Below are positions 27,598 to 36,480 of a DNA stretch of 64,000 nucleotides, piece by piece. The stretch lies in NCBI GenBank assembly GCA_036376355.1, contig DASVAL010000028.1:19402-83401 (forward strand), read 5' to 3'. Source of the DNA: Planctomycetota bacterium. GTDB lineage: Bacteria > Planctomycetota > UBA1135 > UBA2386. The notes under the pieces were generated by a model. The model was not told where the DNA came from. It worked only from the letters and a program-made list of their open reading frames with translations, and made no database searches. Positions within the stretch are counted from its first letter, which is position 1; the number at the start of each line of letters is the position of its first letter. The position numbers were made by a program, and so were the translations under genes.

Positions 27598-27775
27598 CGG
27601 CTGCTCTGTGGGGTCGTTGGTTCGGGGGCGCCGCCTTGCGAGATGCGGTGTTGGAATCCGACCGTGACGCGGGCTTTCCAGGAATCAGGTCAATCGCCGC
27701 TCCCGGCCGCGGGAAGACCTCAAAGCAGCCCCGGTCGCATCCTCGATCCCGAGATCGTGAGTGTGAAGGAGTTAC

Positions 27776-28816
27776 GTGCTGCGTGAATTCCTCGCGCCGA
27801 AGGCGAAGACCGCGCACCGACGCGCCGGGATGAAAGCCCGGAAGCCGTCGCACGAACGTCCCTGGCATGATTCCCGCATGCCGCATGCGCACCGTTGCAT
27901 TCTCACCGTCAAGCCGCCGTTCGAGCTGCCGCTGGTGCTGTGTGGCCACGGCTGGTTTGCACTGGCTCCGCACGAGTGGGCCGGCGGCACCTTCTCGACG
28001 ATCCTGCGCGCCGACGGCGAACCGGTGCGCGCCGAGGTCCGCGCCGCCGCGCGCGGCCTCGCCGTGACCCTGCACTGCACGCGTCGCCTCGCGAGCCGCA
28101 CGGTCCAGGCACTGAAGCAGCAGCTCGCGCACATGCTGCGGCTCGACGACGACCTCGCGGCGTTCTGGCGGCTGTGCGCTGCACACGAACGACTCGGCTG
28201 GGTCGCGCAGCGCGGCGGAGGACGCCTGCTGCGCTCGGCGACCGTGTTCGAGGATCTCATGAAGCTCCTGCTGACGACGAACTGCACGTGGTCGTTGACC
28301 GAGATCATGGTGCGCAACCTCGTCGCGACCGCGGGCCCGCCTGGCCCCGACGGGAAGCGTGCGTTCCCGAGCGCTCTCGAGTGCAACCGCGGCGAGCGGT
28401 TCTTCCGCACGAAGGTCAAGGTCGGCTACCGCGCGCGCGCCGCGGCGGCGCTCGCGCGCCAGTTCGCGCGCGGCGAACTGCGTGACGAGCACTTCCTCGC
28501 GCCGGAGCTGCCGACCGAGGAGCTGCGCGAACGCGTGCAGGCACTCGACGGCTTCGGCCCGTACGCAGCCGGCCAGGCGCTGCGCCTGTTCGGCCGCTAC
28601 GACGACCTCGCGCTCGACTCGTGGTGCCGCGCGCGCATCGCCCAGCTGCTCGGGCGCCGCCGCGCGCCCGCCGACGCGACTATCGCACGGCTCTACGACG
28701 CGTTCACTGGTTACCGCGGGCTCGCGATGTGGTGCGATCTGACCGCGGAGTGGCACGGCGAGGGGACCAGGCCCGGAGCTGGTGGTTTGCGCGGAGCCGA
28801 CGAGTCGACGGCGTGA
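27776..28816 (+). CDS. HhH-GPD DNA glycosylase, AlkA-like (3-methyladenine DNA glycosylase II family)
   Basis: The HhH-GPD motif LDGFGPYAAGQALRLFGRYD matches the consensus. N-terminal AlkA_N-like region FEDLMKLLLTTNCTW. Start ambiguous (27776/27830/27878). Confidence 0.6.
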   Translation: MLREFLAPKAKTAHRRAGMKARKPSHERPWHDSRMPHAHRCILTVKPPFELPLVLCGHGWFALAPHEWAGGTFSTILRADGEPVRAEVRAAARGLAVTLHCTRRLASRTVQALKQQLAHMLRLDDDLAAFWRLCAAHERLGWVAQRGGGRLLRSATVFEDLMKLLLTTNCTWSLTEIMVRNLVATAGPPGPDGKRAFPSALECNRGERFFRTKVKVGYRARAAAALARQFARGELRDEHFLAPELPTEELRERVQALDGFGPYAAGQALRLFGRYDDLALDSWCRARIAQLLGRRRAPADATIARLYDAFTGYRGLAMWCDLTAEWHGEGTRPGAGGLRGADESTA

Positions 28817-29794
28817 TCACGCGCCGGCGCCCGACGCGGCGCGGCTGTGCCGCCGCCACGTCGCGGGCGGCATGCCGAACTCGCGCTTGAACGCGCGATT
28901 GAACGCCGCCTCCGACTCGTAGCCGACGTCGTCGGCGATGCGCAGGATCGGCTCGTTGCCCTGCTTCAGCGCGCGCGCCGCGAGCGCGAGCCTCCAGCGC
29001 GTCAGGTACTGCATCGGCGGCTCGCCGATCAGCAGCGCGAAGCGTTCGGCCAGCGCCGAGCGCGAGATGCCGGCCTCGCGGCCCAGCTCGTCGACGGTCC
29101 ACGGCCTTCCCGGGTTGCCGTGCAGCAGCTGCAGTGCACGGCTGACCTGCGGATCGCGCAGGCCCGCGAGCCAGCTCCGCTGGTCCTCGGGAATCGACTC
29201 GATGTGGCAGCGCACGGCCTCGACGAACAGCAGCTCCGACAGTTTCGCGAGCACCGCGTCGGTGCCCGCGCGCGGCGCACGCGACTCCTCGGCCGCGTGC
29301 TGCAGCGTGCTGACCAGCCACGACGCACCGGCCCGCCCGCTGAACGACACGCGCAGCATGCCTGGCAGCGCGCCGAGCATCGGCCGGCAGAGCCGGCTGT
29401 CGCAGGCCATGAACCCGCAGACGAGCCGCGTGCGCGCGCCGCCGCCGCCGTGCGTGATGCGGGCCGGGCCTCCCTGCGGCGACGGTTGCACGAGCGTCTC
29501 GGCACCGATCGGCTCACGCGACACGTCGCTGCCGAGCATGTGCCCATCGCCGTGCGGGAACATGATCAGGTCGCCGGCCGCGAGCTCGACCGGCGGGCCG
29601 TCCGGCAGCCGCGCGCGGCACGCACCTTCGACGACGAGGTGATAGATCGCGACGTGCTCGGCGCTCGGCAGGATGTGCAGCACGTCGTCCTTGCCGGGCG
29701 CGGAGTCGATGCACCAAGGCGCGGTGAACTCGGCCTCGAGGAAGATCCCGCTCTCGAGCCGCAGCGCCTTCAACACCTCCGAGAAAGCGTCCAT
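28817..29794 (-). CDS. AraC-family transcriptional regulator with N-terminal cupin domain
   Basis: C-terminal HTH_18: WTVDELGREAGISRSALAERFAL...YLTRWRLALAARAL...ILRIADDVGYESEAAFNRAFKREFG. The N-terminal cupin carries GDLIMFPHGDGH. Confidence 0.8.
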   Translation of the reverse strand: MDAFSEVLKALRLESGIFLEAEFTAPWCIDSAPGKDDVLHILPSAEHVAIYHLVVEGACRARLPDGPPVELAAGDLIMFPHGDGHMLGSDVSREPIGAETLVQPSPQGGPARITHGGGGARTRLVCGFMACDSRLCRPMLGALPGMLRVSFSGRAGASWLVSTLQHAAEESRAPRAGTDAVLAKLSELLFVEAVRCHIESIPEDQRSWLAGLRDPQVSRALQLLHGNPGRPWTVDELGREAGISRSALAERFALLIGEPPMQYLTRWRLALAARALKQGNEPILRIADDVGYESEAAFNRAFKREFGMPPATWRRHSRAASGAGA

Positions 29795-29998
29795 CTGGCG
29801 CCACGATCAACTGCGGCGGCGTGACGATCAAGAGCGGCGCACAGTTCCGGCGCCGCGCGCAAGAACGGCGGCGCTCGGGCCAAGCAAGGCCTGGTGCACG
29901 CTGGCTACGGTCCTCGCAGGAATGAACAGCGCAGGGAACCAGGCCGATCGCGTTCGAACGGCCGCCCTCGCGCCGGTTCCGATCCGAGGAAACCACCA

Positions 29999-30943
29999 AT
30001 GACCGCAGTGCAATCGACCACTTCCGACCGCCCCCACAACCGCTACGCCCGGTGCATCGACGCGTCGAAACGCGTGCGCTGGGACATCGACCGCGACGTG
30101 ATCCGCGGCCGCGAGTTCGACTTCGCGAAGAAGTTCCTGCCCGACGGCCTGTCGCGCGTGCAGGAGCTGACGTTCCTGTCGGCCGCCGAACAGCGCCTGT
30201 TGAGCCAGGTCCAGGGCCGGACCTACGCGAACATGTTCGGGCTCGTCGAGCGCTTCATCGGCGCCAAGATCCTCGAGGTCAGCCGCGACCACTGGCTCGG
30301 CGACCAGACGGCACTCGAAGCGCTCGTGCGCTTTTCCGACGAGGAGCTGAAGCACCAGGAGCTGTTCCGCCGGCTCGAGCGCATGGTCGCGGCCGGCATG
30401 GCGTCCGGCTACGAGTTCGCGCCGCAGCCGAACGACGTCGCGGGCGCGGTGCTCGGGGCGTCGACCTGGGCCGTGCTCGCGCTCACCTGCAACATCGAGC
30501 TGTTCACGCAGGCGCACTACCGGCAGAGCATCGAGCCCGACGCGGAGCTCTCGGAGCTGTGGAAGGACGTATTCCTCTACCACTGGCGCGAGGAGTCGCA
30601 GCACGCGATCCTCGACGAGCTCGAGTGGGTGCGCGAGGACGCGAAGCTCTCGGCCTCGCAGCGCGACGCCGGGGTCACGGACCTGATCGCGCTCGTGGGC
30701 GCCGTCGACGGCATCCTGCAGGCGCAGGCGAAGGCCGACGCCGGGTACTTCGCCGGCGCATGCGGCCGCCAGCTGACCGCCGAGCAGGCCGCAGCCGTGC
30801 ACACGACGCTGCTGCGCGCCTATCGCTGGCAGTACATCGGCTCCGGGGTCAGCGACACGCGCTTCCAGAAGATCCTCGGCGGCATGATCGACGAGAAGCA
30901 GATGGCGCGCATCGGCGCAGCCCTCGCACCGATCCTGCAGTGA
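29999..30943 (+). CDS. Ferritin-like / di-iron carboxylate protein (AurF-like putative oxygenase), hypothetical
   Basis: GAGGAAA RBS. Two E...ExxH-type elements (DEELKHQELF; REESQHAILDE) plus conserved Glu residues in helical context. Divergent from the AraC gene. Confidence 0.4.
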   Translation: MTAVQSTTSDRPHNRYARCIDASKRVRWDIDRDVIRGREFDFAKKFLPDGLSRVQELTFLSAAEQRLLSQVQGRTYANMFGLVERFIGAKILEVSRDHWLGDQTALEALVRFSDEELKHQELFRRLERMVAAGMASGYEFAPQPNDVAGAVLGASTWAVLALTCNIELFTQAHYRQSIEPDAELSELWKDVFLYHWREESQHAILDELEWVREDAKLSASQRDAGVTDLIALVGAVDGILQAQAKADAGYFAGACGRQLTAEQAAAVHTTLLRAYRWQYIGSGVSDTRFQKILGGMIDEKQMARIGAALAPILQ

Positions 30944-30959
30944 CGGCTCGACGCGCGGC

Positions 30960-31325
30960 TCAGCGCTCCTTGTCGAAGACGTGCTGGATCGGCAACCGCT
31001 CGCCGCAGTAGAGGCAAGCAAGGCGCTTCGCGTTGCTCTTGCGCTTGCATCGCGGACAGAGCTGGGCGGCGGTCGAGATCTTCCCGTCGGTCCGGCCATC
31101 GCGCGCGTCGATCTCCTGCATCTTCTCGAGCAGGGCTTCGTCGCGCAGGCCGGTCTGCGCGCAGATCATCTCCCACATCGCCTGGCAGGCGAGGGTCAGC
31201 GCATCGGCCTTCCGCTGCAGGTCGCTGATCTGCGACTGGGATTGCGTGGTCGCGCTCTTGGCCTGCTGCGCCGTGTTCTGCGCGTCGTGGATCCAGCTCT
31301 GCTGGAAGAGGTCGATGAGGTCCAT
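30960..31325 (-). CDS. Hypothetical protein with coiled-coil and a C-terminal zinc-ribbon (CPRC...CLYC)
   Basis: CxxC-x11-CxxC near the C-terminus is the sole domain evidence. It lies immediately downstream of the SPFH gene on the same strand. Confidence 0.35.
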   Translation of the reverse strand: MDLIDLFQQSWIHDAQNTAQQAKSATTQSQSQISDLQRKADALTLACQAMWEMICAQTGLRDEALLEKMQEIDARDGRTDGKISTAAQLCPRCKRKSNAKRLACLYCGERLPIQHVFDKER

Positions 31326-31442
31326 GCGTGTTCCGCTCCGTTGCGCCCCATCGTCGTCTGCTCGAGCGAGTGCGGCAAGTTCGCCCCCCGAGGTGCGCAC
31401 GCCACTGGCAACGGCACGCGGCGGCGGGGAGACCCGCCGCCG

Positions 31443-32558
31443 CTACGACTCCGGTGCTGCAAGCATCGAGCGCACCTGCTCACCGAGGTTGCCCGGCGCG
31501 AACACGAAGCTCGCCTTCGCGCCGCGCAGGATCGACTCGAGAGCCTCGAGTTCCTTCATGCGCAACAGCACCGGGTTCTCGGCCAGCAGCTTCGCGGTGT
31601 TGGCCTGGCTCCGTGCCGCCGCGGTCTCCTCGCGACGCCGGATCAGGTTGGCCTCCGCCTGCTTCTGTGCCTCGATGACCTGGTTCAGGATCGTCTTCAT
31701 GTCGCCCGGCAGCACGACGTCGCGGATGCCGACGCCGGTGACCGACGCACCGTACTCGCCGGCCCGCCGTGCCACCGTCGCCCGCACCTCGTCGGCCACC
31801 GCGTCCTTCGACGTCAGCAACGTCTCGAGATCGCGCGCACCGACCGACGCCCGCAGCGCGAGCTGCGCCTCGCGGTAGACCGCCGTGGCCGCGTTCTCGA
31901 CCAGCGTGGTCGCCGCCACCGGGTCGGTGACCTTCCAGGTCACGACCAGGTTGAGGCGCAACGTCACCTTGTCGGCGGTCATGATCTCCTGACCGGCGAC
32001 GTCGGCGACCTGCTCGCGCAGCTCGACGGCCTGCCAGCCGATCGACGCGGCCCGGTTCCAGAACGCATGGCGTCCGGCACCGAGGTCGGCGATCAACTCG
32101 CCGCCGCGACGCACGAGCAGCCGCTGGTGCGACTGCACGTCGACGCTGGACAAGAAGGCACGCGCCGCGGGATGCGACAGCACCGCGTTGAGCCGGGGAT
32201 GCTCGAAGCGGACGTCGCTCTCGCGGAACGTCTCGATGTTCAGCGCGAACGGCTTCTGCCAGTACGCGTGCCGGCCGGGCCCGATGACCTCGAACAGGCG
32301 GTCGTCGCGCCAGACCAGCGCGCGCTGGTCCTCGGCCAGGTTCACGACCAGGAGCCGCTCGCGCACCGCGGCATCCTGGACGAGGACGTCCAGGAGCCGG
32401 TGCTCGAAACGCGTCTCCAGCGTGTTGACGAGGATCAGCTTGTCGGTGCCGGTCAGGGTGCGGGGAACGAACCAGTCGCCGGGACCGAGCAGGCGATGGA
32501 AGTCGCCGCGCCGGAACAGGAGACCGACCTCGTGTTGCTTCACGTGCTTGCGGATCAT
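31443..32558 (-). CDS. SPFH/band-7 domain protein (slipin-like)
   Basis: TADKVTLRLNLVVTWKVTDP...LTSKDAVADEVRATV...ASVTGVGIRDVVLPGDMKTILNQVIEAQKQAEANLIRRREETAAARSQAN is an SPFH core with a flotillin-like tail. Confidence 0.75.
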   Translation of the reverse strand: MIRKHVKQHEVGLLFRRGDFHRLLGPGDWFVPRTLTGTDKLILVNTLETRFEHRLLDVLVQDAAVRERLLVVNLAEDQRALVWRDDRLFEVIGPGRHAYWQKPFALNIETFRESDVRFEHPRLNAVLSHPAARAFLSSVDVQSHQRLLVRRGGELIADLGAGRHAFWNRAASIGWQAVELREQVADVAGQEIMTADKVTLRLNLVVTWKVTDPVAATTLVENAATAVYREAQLALRASVGARDLETLLTSKDAVADEVRATVARRAGEYGASVTGVGIRDVVLPGDMKTILNQVIEAQKQAEANLIRRREETAAARSQANTAKLLAENPVLLRMKELEALESILRGAKASFVFAPGNLGEQVRSMLAAPES

Positions 32559-32989
32559 GAGAACCTCCTTCGGGAGGTGAGCGATGTGAGTGTGAGGAAC
32601 GTGTGGTTGTCGGAGCCGCGGCGCGCCGTTCCCGATCGCGTCGCGGCCAGAGGTCGTCAGTGAGTCTGTGTGCGTCTTGTGTGCGTCTGTGTGCGAGAAA
32701 TGAGTGGGTCCGCCGGCGGGCGGCGGCCCGGATCCTGGTCGTTCGCGGAAGGCCGCGGGTTCCGGACGAGATCGCGACGCGGGCGCACGGAACCGCGCAG
32801 GCCGGTTGCATTGCGCCGTTGTCGCGACCGCGTGTCGGTCGCGTACGGACTTGCAGGCGTTCCCCCAGTTCCGCGCCGCGGCGATTGCTCGCCGCGGTGC
32901 GGGATCCGGAGCCGGTCGCTGCCGGCGGACACACGGTCGTTGCCCCCGTTGCCCGGGGGGCGCGGGTCTAACGAGCTTCCAAGGCTCGA

Positions 32990-33058
32990 GTCGAGGCGGG
33001 ATTCGAACCCGCTACCCGGAGTAGGTCTCCTGCTCTACCAATGAGCTACACGACAAGT
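32990..33058 (-). ncRNA. tRNA-like sequence with defective anticodon arm (possible tRNA pseudogene or tRNA-derived remnant)
   Basis: Reverse complement reads TGTCGTG-TA-GCTC-ATTGGTA-GAGC-A-GGAG-ACCTA-CTCC-GGGTA-GCGGG-TTCGAAT-CCCGC-CTCGACT-C. The D-arm and T-arm are canonical. The anticodon arm has only a 4-bp stem and 5-nt loop, and the acceptor stem has 2 mismatches. Total ~68 nt. Confidence 0.3.
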
Positions 33059-33195
33059 GTGCCGACGCCGGGTGAACCCGGGTCGCGGAACGCCGCATGG
33101 GAACCAGGCAATGGCCCTGCGGCGCCGCCGGACGACGTCGGTTGAATGCGGTTTGGTTGTCTGGGTTCATTGCTCCTTCCAGAGTGGGTATGGAA

Positions 33196-33236
33196 ACGAA
33201 AAAGCCCCGCGCGGACGCATCCGGCGGGGCTTTCGC
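33196..33236 (-). terminator. Rho-independent terminator (stronger on minus strand) downstream of the DUF1801/MORN gene
   Basis: AAAAAGCCCCGC-gcggacgcatccg-GCGGGGCTTTCG; the minus strand reads stem + TTTTTCGTTT. Confidence 0.5.
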
Positions 33237-33451
33237 GGCCGAGCAGCTGCTCAGCCGGGTCGCCGCGCCGGCGATGTGTCGATGCCGGACGTGAGCCGGT
33301 TCAGGCTCACAGTCAGGCTGGCTTTGTTGGCTCGGCTCGGGAATGTCATTGCAGTTCTCGCGTGAAGGCGCGGCAGGGTAGCTGCGATCTCACGCTTGTC
33401 AAGGCCCCTGATTGTCGTGCTGCTGACAGCGGGGACAGCTCGAAGAAACAC

Positions 33452-34012
33452 TCAGAGCTCCGTCTCGGTCACCAATCGACCCTGGCGATCGAACGTCCGC
33501 CACGTCCCACTCTGTTTGCCCGACGTGAACGAGCCCGAGCGCATGAGCGAGGTGTCCTTGCGAAAGAACTCCCACTTGCCGTGCATCTTGCCGTCCTTGT
33601 AGCCGCCTCTCGAGGCCACGACGCCGTTCTCGTAGTACGCGGTGACGCGGCCGTTCTTCTTCGGCGCTGACGCCTCGGCGAGGCGCGCCTTGATCAGCTT
33701 GCGCAGCAGCGGCGCGCCGAGCGGTAGGTCGATCGGGAACTTCAGCGCGCCTTTCGAGGCCTGCAGCTTCCCGAGCTGCGACTTCAGCTTCGTGAGCACG
33801 GTCCCGCTCATCGGGAAGTAGCTGCAATGCGTGGACGCCGCGGCGAAGGCCGCGACCGCCTTGCCGTCGACGAGGAACGCCGGCGCACCATACGAGATGC
33901 CCTCCTCGGCACCGGGCAGCAGTTTGCGCAGCGTCTTGCGCACCGTGTTCAGCGTCGACCGCTGCGGCTCGGAGGTCTTCTTCAGGTACGCATCGATCTG
34001 TGCGGAGCTCAT
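33452..34012 (-). CDS. DUF1801 (YdhG-like) domain protein fused to MORN/YwqK-like repeats
   Basis: N-terminal EEGISYGAPAF...AFAAASTHCSYFPMSG is DUF1801-like. C-terminal YYENGVVASRGGYKDGKMHGKWEFFRKDTSLMRSGSFTSGKQSGTWRTFDRQGRL has MORN-like repeats. Locally lower GC than the neighbourhood. Confidence 0.55.
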   Translation of the reverse strand: MSSAQIDAYLKKTSEPQRSTLNTVRKTLRKLLPGAEEGISYGAPAFLVDGKAVAAFAAASTHCSYFPMSGTVLTKLKSQLGKLQASKGALKFPIDLPLGAPLLRKLIKARLAEASAPKKNGRVTAYYENGVVASRGGYKDGKMHGKWEFFRKDTSLMRSGSFTSGKQSGTWRTFDRQGRLVTETEL

Positions 34013-34059
34013 GCACGAGGCGTAACCGGGCGCGTGCTCATTCTCCAGCGGTTGACGTG

Positions 34060-34953
34060 TCAGGCGCGCACGAGCCGCAGCGAACGCTGCGCACAGCTGA
34101 CGCGCAAGCGCGTGCCATACGCGAACTCGAGGCGATCGGCCTCGATGCCGTCGCCGAACACGACGCCGCCGTCGTCCATCTCGCTGTTCACCTGCAGCAC
34201 CGCGCCCTCGCCGAGCAGTCCCTCCTGCATGTCGGTGCCGGTCACCTGCGACGGGAATGCCTCGCGCACGAACCAGGCGAGCCGGCGTTCGACCGGTGCC
34301 GGCAGCCGCAGCCGCGAGTGGCGCATGCCGTGGATCGAACGCGCCCAGCCCGAAGCTCCGGTGCCGCTCGCGACGACGACGCCCGACGACGACTGCCGCT
34401 CGACCTGCTCGCCGGCCGTGATGCGGTAGCGCGCCGACTGGTGCGTGACGTGGCCGACGAACACTTCGTTCAGCGCGAGCAGCTGCTGCCCGTCGTCGAG
34501 CCGTGCTGCGAGCATCGTGCGTTCCTCGCAGCGCGCGCGGCCCGCGGCGGCGGCGCGCACGAGGTCGGGCACGGCGTCGACGTGGTGCGGCACGAGCACG
34601 CCGTCGAACCAGTCGGGGCTCGGATTCGCGCCGACGACCGGCTGGCCGTCGAGGTACTTCGCGAGGTTCGCGACGAGCCCGTCCTGGCCGACCGCGACGA
34701 CTACGTCGTCCTGCTGGAACAGGAACCGGTCGAACTCGGCGCGCGTGACGCGCGCGCGGCGCCAGTCGCGCGGGGCACTGCTGTCGATCGCGGCGACGGC
34801 GTCCTCCTGCTCGGAGTGGCGGCGCTGCAGGTCGGCGAGCGACTGGCCGCGCTGCTCGAGGAAGAAGCGCGCCTGGCCCGCGGTGCCGTGCCGCGCGAGC
34901 AGGCGCTCGAACGCGGTCGGGCGCGTCGCGAGCACGAGGCGCGGCGCGCTCAC
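34060..34953 (-). CDS. ATP-NAD kinase family protein (NAD kinase-like, variant GQDG motif)
   Basis: DVVVAVGQDGLVANLA...PVVGANPSPDWFDG...LALNEVFVG...SGVVVASGTGASGWARS follows the NAD-kinase block order (GGDG -> GQDG; NE/D; TPTGSTAY-like). Confidence 0.55.
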   Translation of the reverse strand: MSAPRLVLATRPTAFERLLARHGTAGQARFFLEQRGQSLADLQRRHSEQEDAVAAIDSSAPRDWRRARVTRAEFDRFLFQQDDVVVAVGQDGLVANLAKYLDGQPVVGANPSPDWFDGVLVPHHVDAVPDLVRAAAAGRARCEERTMLAARLDDGQQLLALNEVFVGHVTHQSARYRITAGEQVERQSSSGVVVASGTGASGWARSIHGMRHSRLRLPAPVERRLAWFVREAFPSQVTGTDMQEGLLGEGAVLQVNSEMDDGGVVFGDGIEADRLEFAYGTRLRVSCAQRSLRLVRA

Positions 34954-36077
34954 GACTTCGCCTCGCCCGCGGCGAGCCGCCGCGTGCCGGCCTGCAGCAG
35001 GTCACCGAGCAGGCCGCCGAAGCCGTCGCCGCCGAGGCTCAGGCGTTCGATGCGCGGCAGGTTGATCGCGAGCTCACGCAGCGCGAGCGCCGTCAGCACG
35101 GAGGCCGGCAGCTTGCCGAACGCCTCGAGCTTCGTCGCCTCGGCGCGGTTCTTCGCCTGCTCGACCAGCTCGATCGCCTGCGCCTCGGCCGCGCCGCGGC
35201 TCTTCGTCACGTCGGCGTCGGCCTCTGCTTCGAGGCGCCGCGTCGCGGCGCCGGCCTCGGCTTCGATGCGCTTCGCGGCGGCCGCCTCCTCGCTGCGTCG
35301 GCGCTGGTTCTGGCCTTCCTGCTGGATCAGGTTCTGCGCGCGGCGCGCGAGCTCGATCTTGTTCTGCAGCTCGTTCTCGGCGATCGCACGCTCCTTCTCG
35401 ACCGCGAGCGCGCGCCGCGCGAACGTCGCCTCGTCGGCGACCTGCTGCAGCTGCTCGCGCGTCGGCGCCTGCAGCGCCTTCTCGAGCTCGCTGGTCGGCG
35501 CAACCTTCGCGATGCGCACCGACACGAGCTCGACGCCCATGCCCTCGAGCTCGCCGCCGTCGCGCAGGAACGTCTCGATGCGTTCGCGCAGCTGCTGCAC
35601 ACCCTCCTGCAGCACGGTGCGCAGCGGCTCGTGCGCGAGGTAGGCGCTCGCGGCCTGCTGCGCGAGTTGCGTCACGATCGCCGCGAGCTGCGCGAGCGGC
35701 TCCTTGAGCCAGGTGCCGCGTTCGACGTGGATCGAGAAGTCGATGCGCTACGCGAGAACCTCGGGCTTGTCGACGCGATACGTGATCGCGCCCTGCACGT
35801 GCGCCTCCTGGAAGTCGACCGTGCGGCCCGTGAACAGGAACGCCTGCTCGCGGTCGTCGAGCGGGATCTCGGCGAGCTCGCCGAGGCGGAGGCTGACAAG
35901 AAGCGGACCGAGATGTACGCAGCGAAGCGCGAAGAGATGGTCGCGGGCAGCAAGCAGCGGCAGGCGCTGCAGAAGGAGCTCGATCCCCTGGTGCCGGGCC
36001 CCAAGCGCGAGAGCTGGGTGTGGCTCTACGAGAACGTCGGAGCCGAGGACGCGTCGGCATCGAAGTGATTCGTTCAC
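34950..36077 (-). pseudogene. SPFH/band-7 (flotillin-like) gene interrupted by an in-frame TAG (at 35748-35750); N-terminal region appears non-native
   Basis: The upstream ORF ends ...[31 protein letters not shown]. The same frame continues RIDFSIHVERGTWLKEPLAQLAAIVTQLAQQAASAYLAHEPLRTVLQEG... (SPFH core + flotillin-like coiled coil). Upstream of ~35880 the minus frame uses CTT-Leu heavily, which is antisense-like. Confidence 0.5.
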
Positions 36078-36156
36078 GCCGGAAGTCGCCGTCGTCGCGC
36101 ACGCTCGAGTTCACGGCGAGTTCAGGGCACGTGGCGTTGCGAGTGCCCGAGTGCCC

Positions 36157-36480
36157 TCAGTGCGGCAAGAGGGCGAAGCGCCCGTAGGCGACGAACGCCA
36201 CGAGCACCGCCATCACGATGCTCCAGACCAGCGGGGTCGTCGCGGTGCCCTTGCGCGAGTAGGGCGCATAACCGCGGCGGGCACCAGCGTCTCTAGCGTG
36301 AGCGCGGCGGCCGCGAGCGTGGTCACGGCCGGGACGACCAGCAGGATCCCCCCCACGATCTCGAGCACGCCGATTACGCGCCAGCCGCCGCGCGGGAGCG
36401 CGGTCATCGCTCCTGCCGGCAGAGTCGGTTGCGAAGACCGGGGCCGGCGTCGATGCTCTCGGCGCAATCCCATGAATCCC
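36157..36480 (-). pseudogene. DoxX-like membrane protein remnant, apparent frameshift between two ORF frames
   Basis: Frame A: WRVIGVLEIVGGILLVVPAVTTLAAAALTLETLVPAAVM (DoxX-like TM pair), then a stop. Frame B continues with TM LVWSIVMAVLVAFVAYGRFALLPH. The two frames meet near 36270. Confidence 0.3.

Noticed and set aside
32990-33058. Calling the tRNA-like element a functional tRNA gene
   Set aside because: The anticodon stem-loop is about 4 nt too short for a 5-bp stem / 7-nt loop and the acceptor stem has two mismatches. It is kept as a low-confidence tRNA-like/pseudogene feature instead.
35631-36068. Plus-strand 145-aa ORF as an intact gene
   Set aside because: Its 5' two-thirds overlap the SPFH-coding minus frame and look antisense. 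Only the last ~60 codons have coding-like composition, so it is treated as a remnant within the decay region, not an independent gene.
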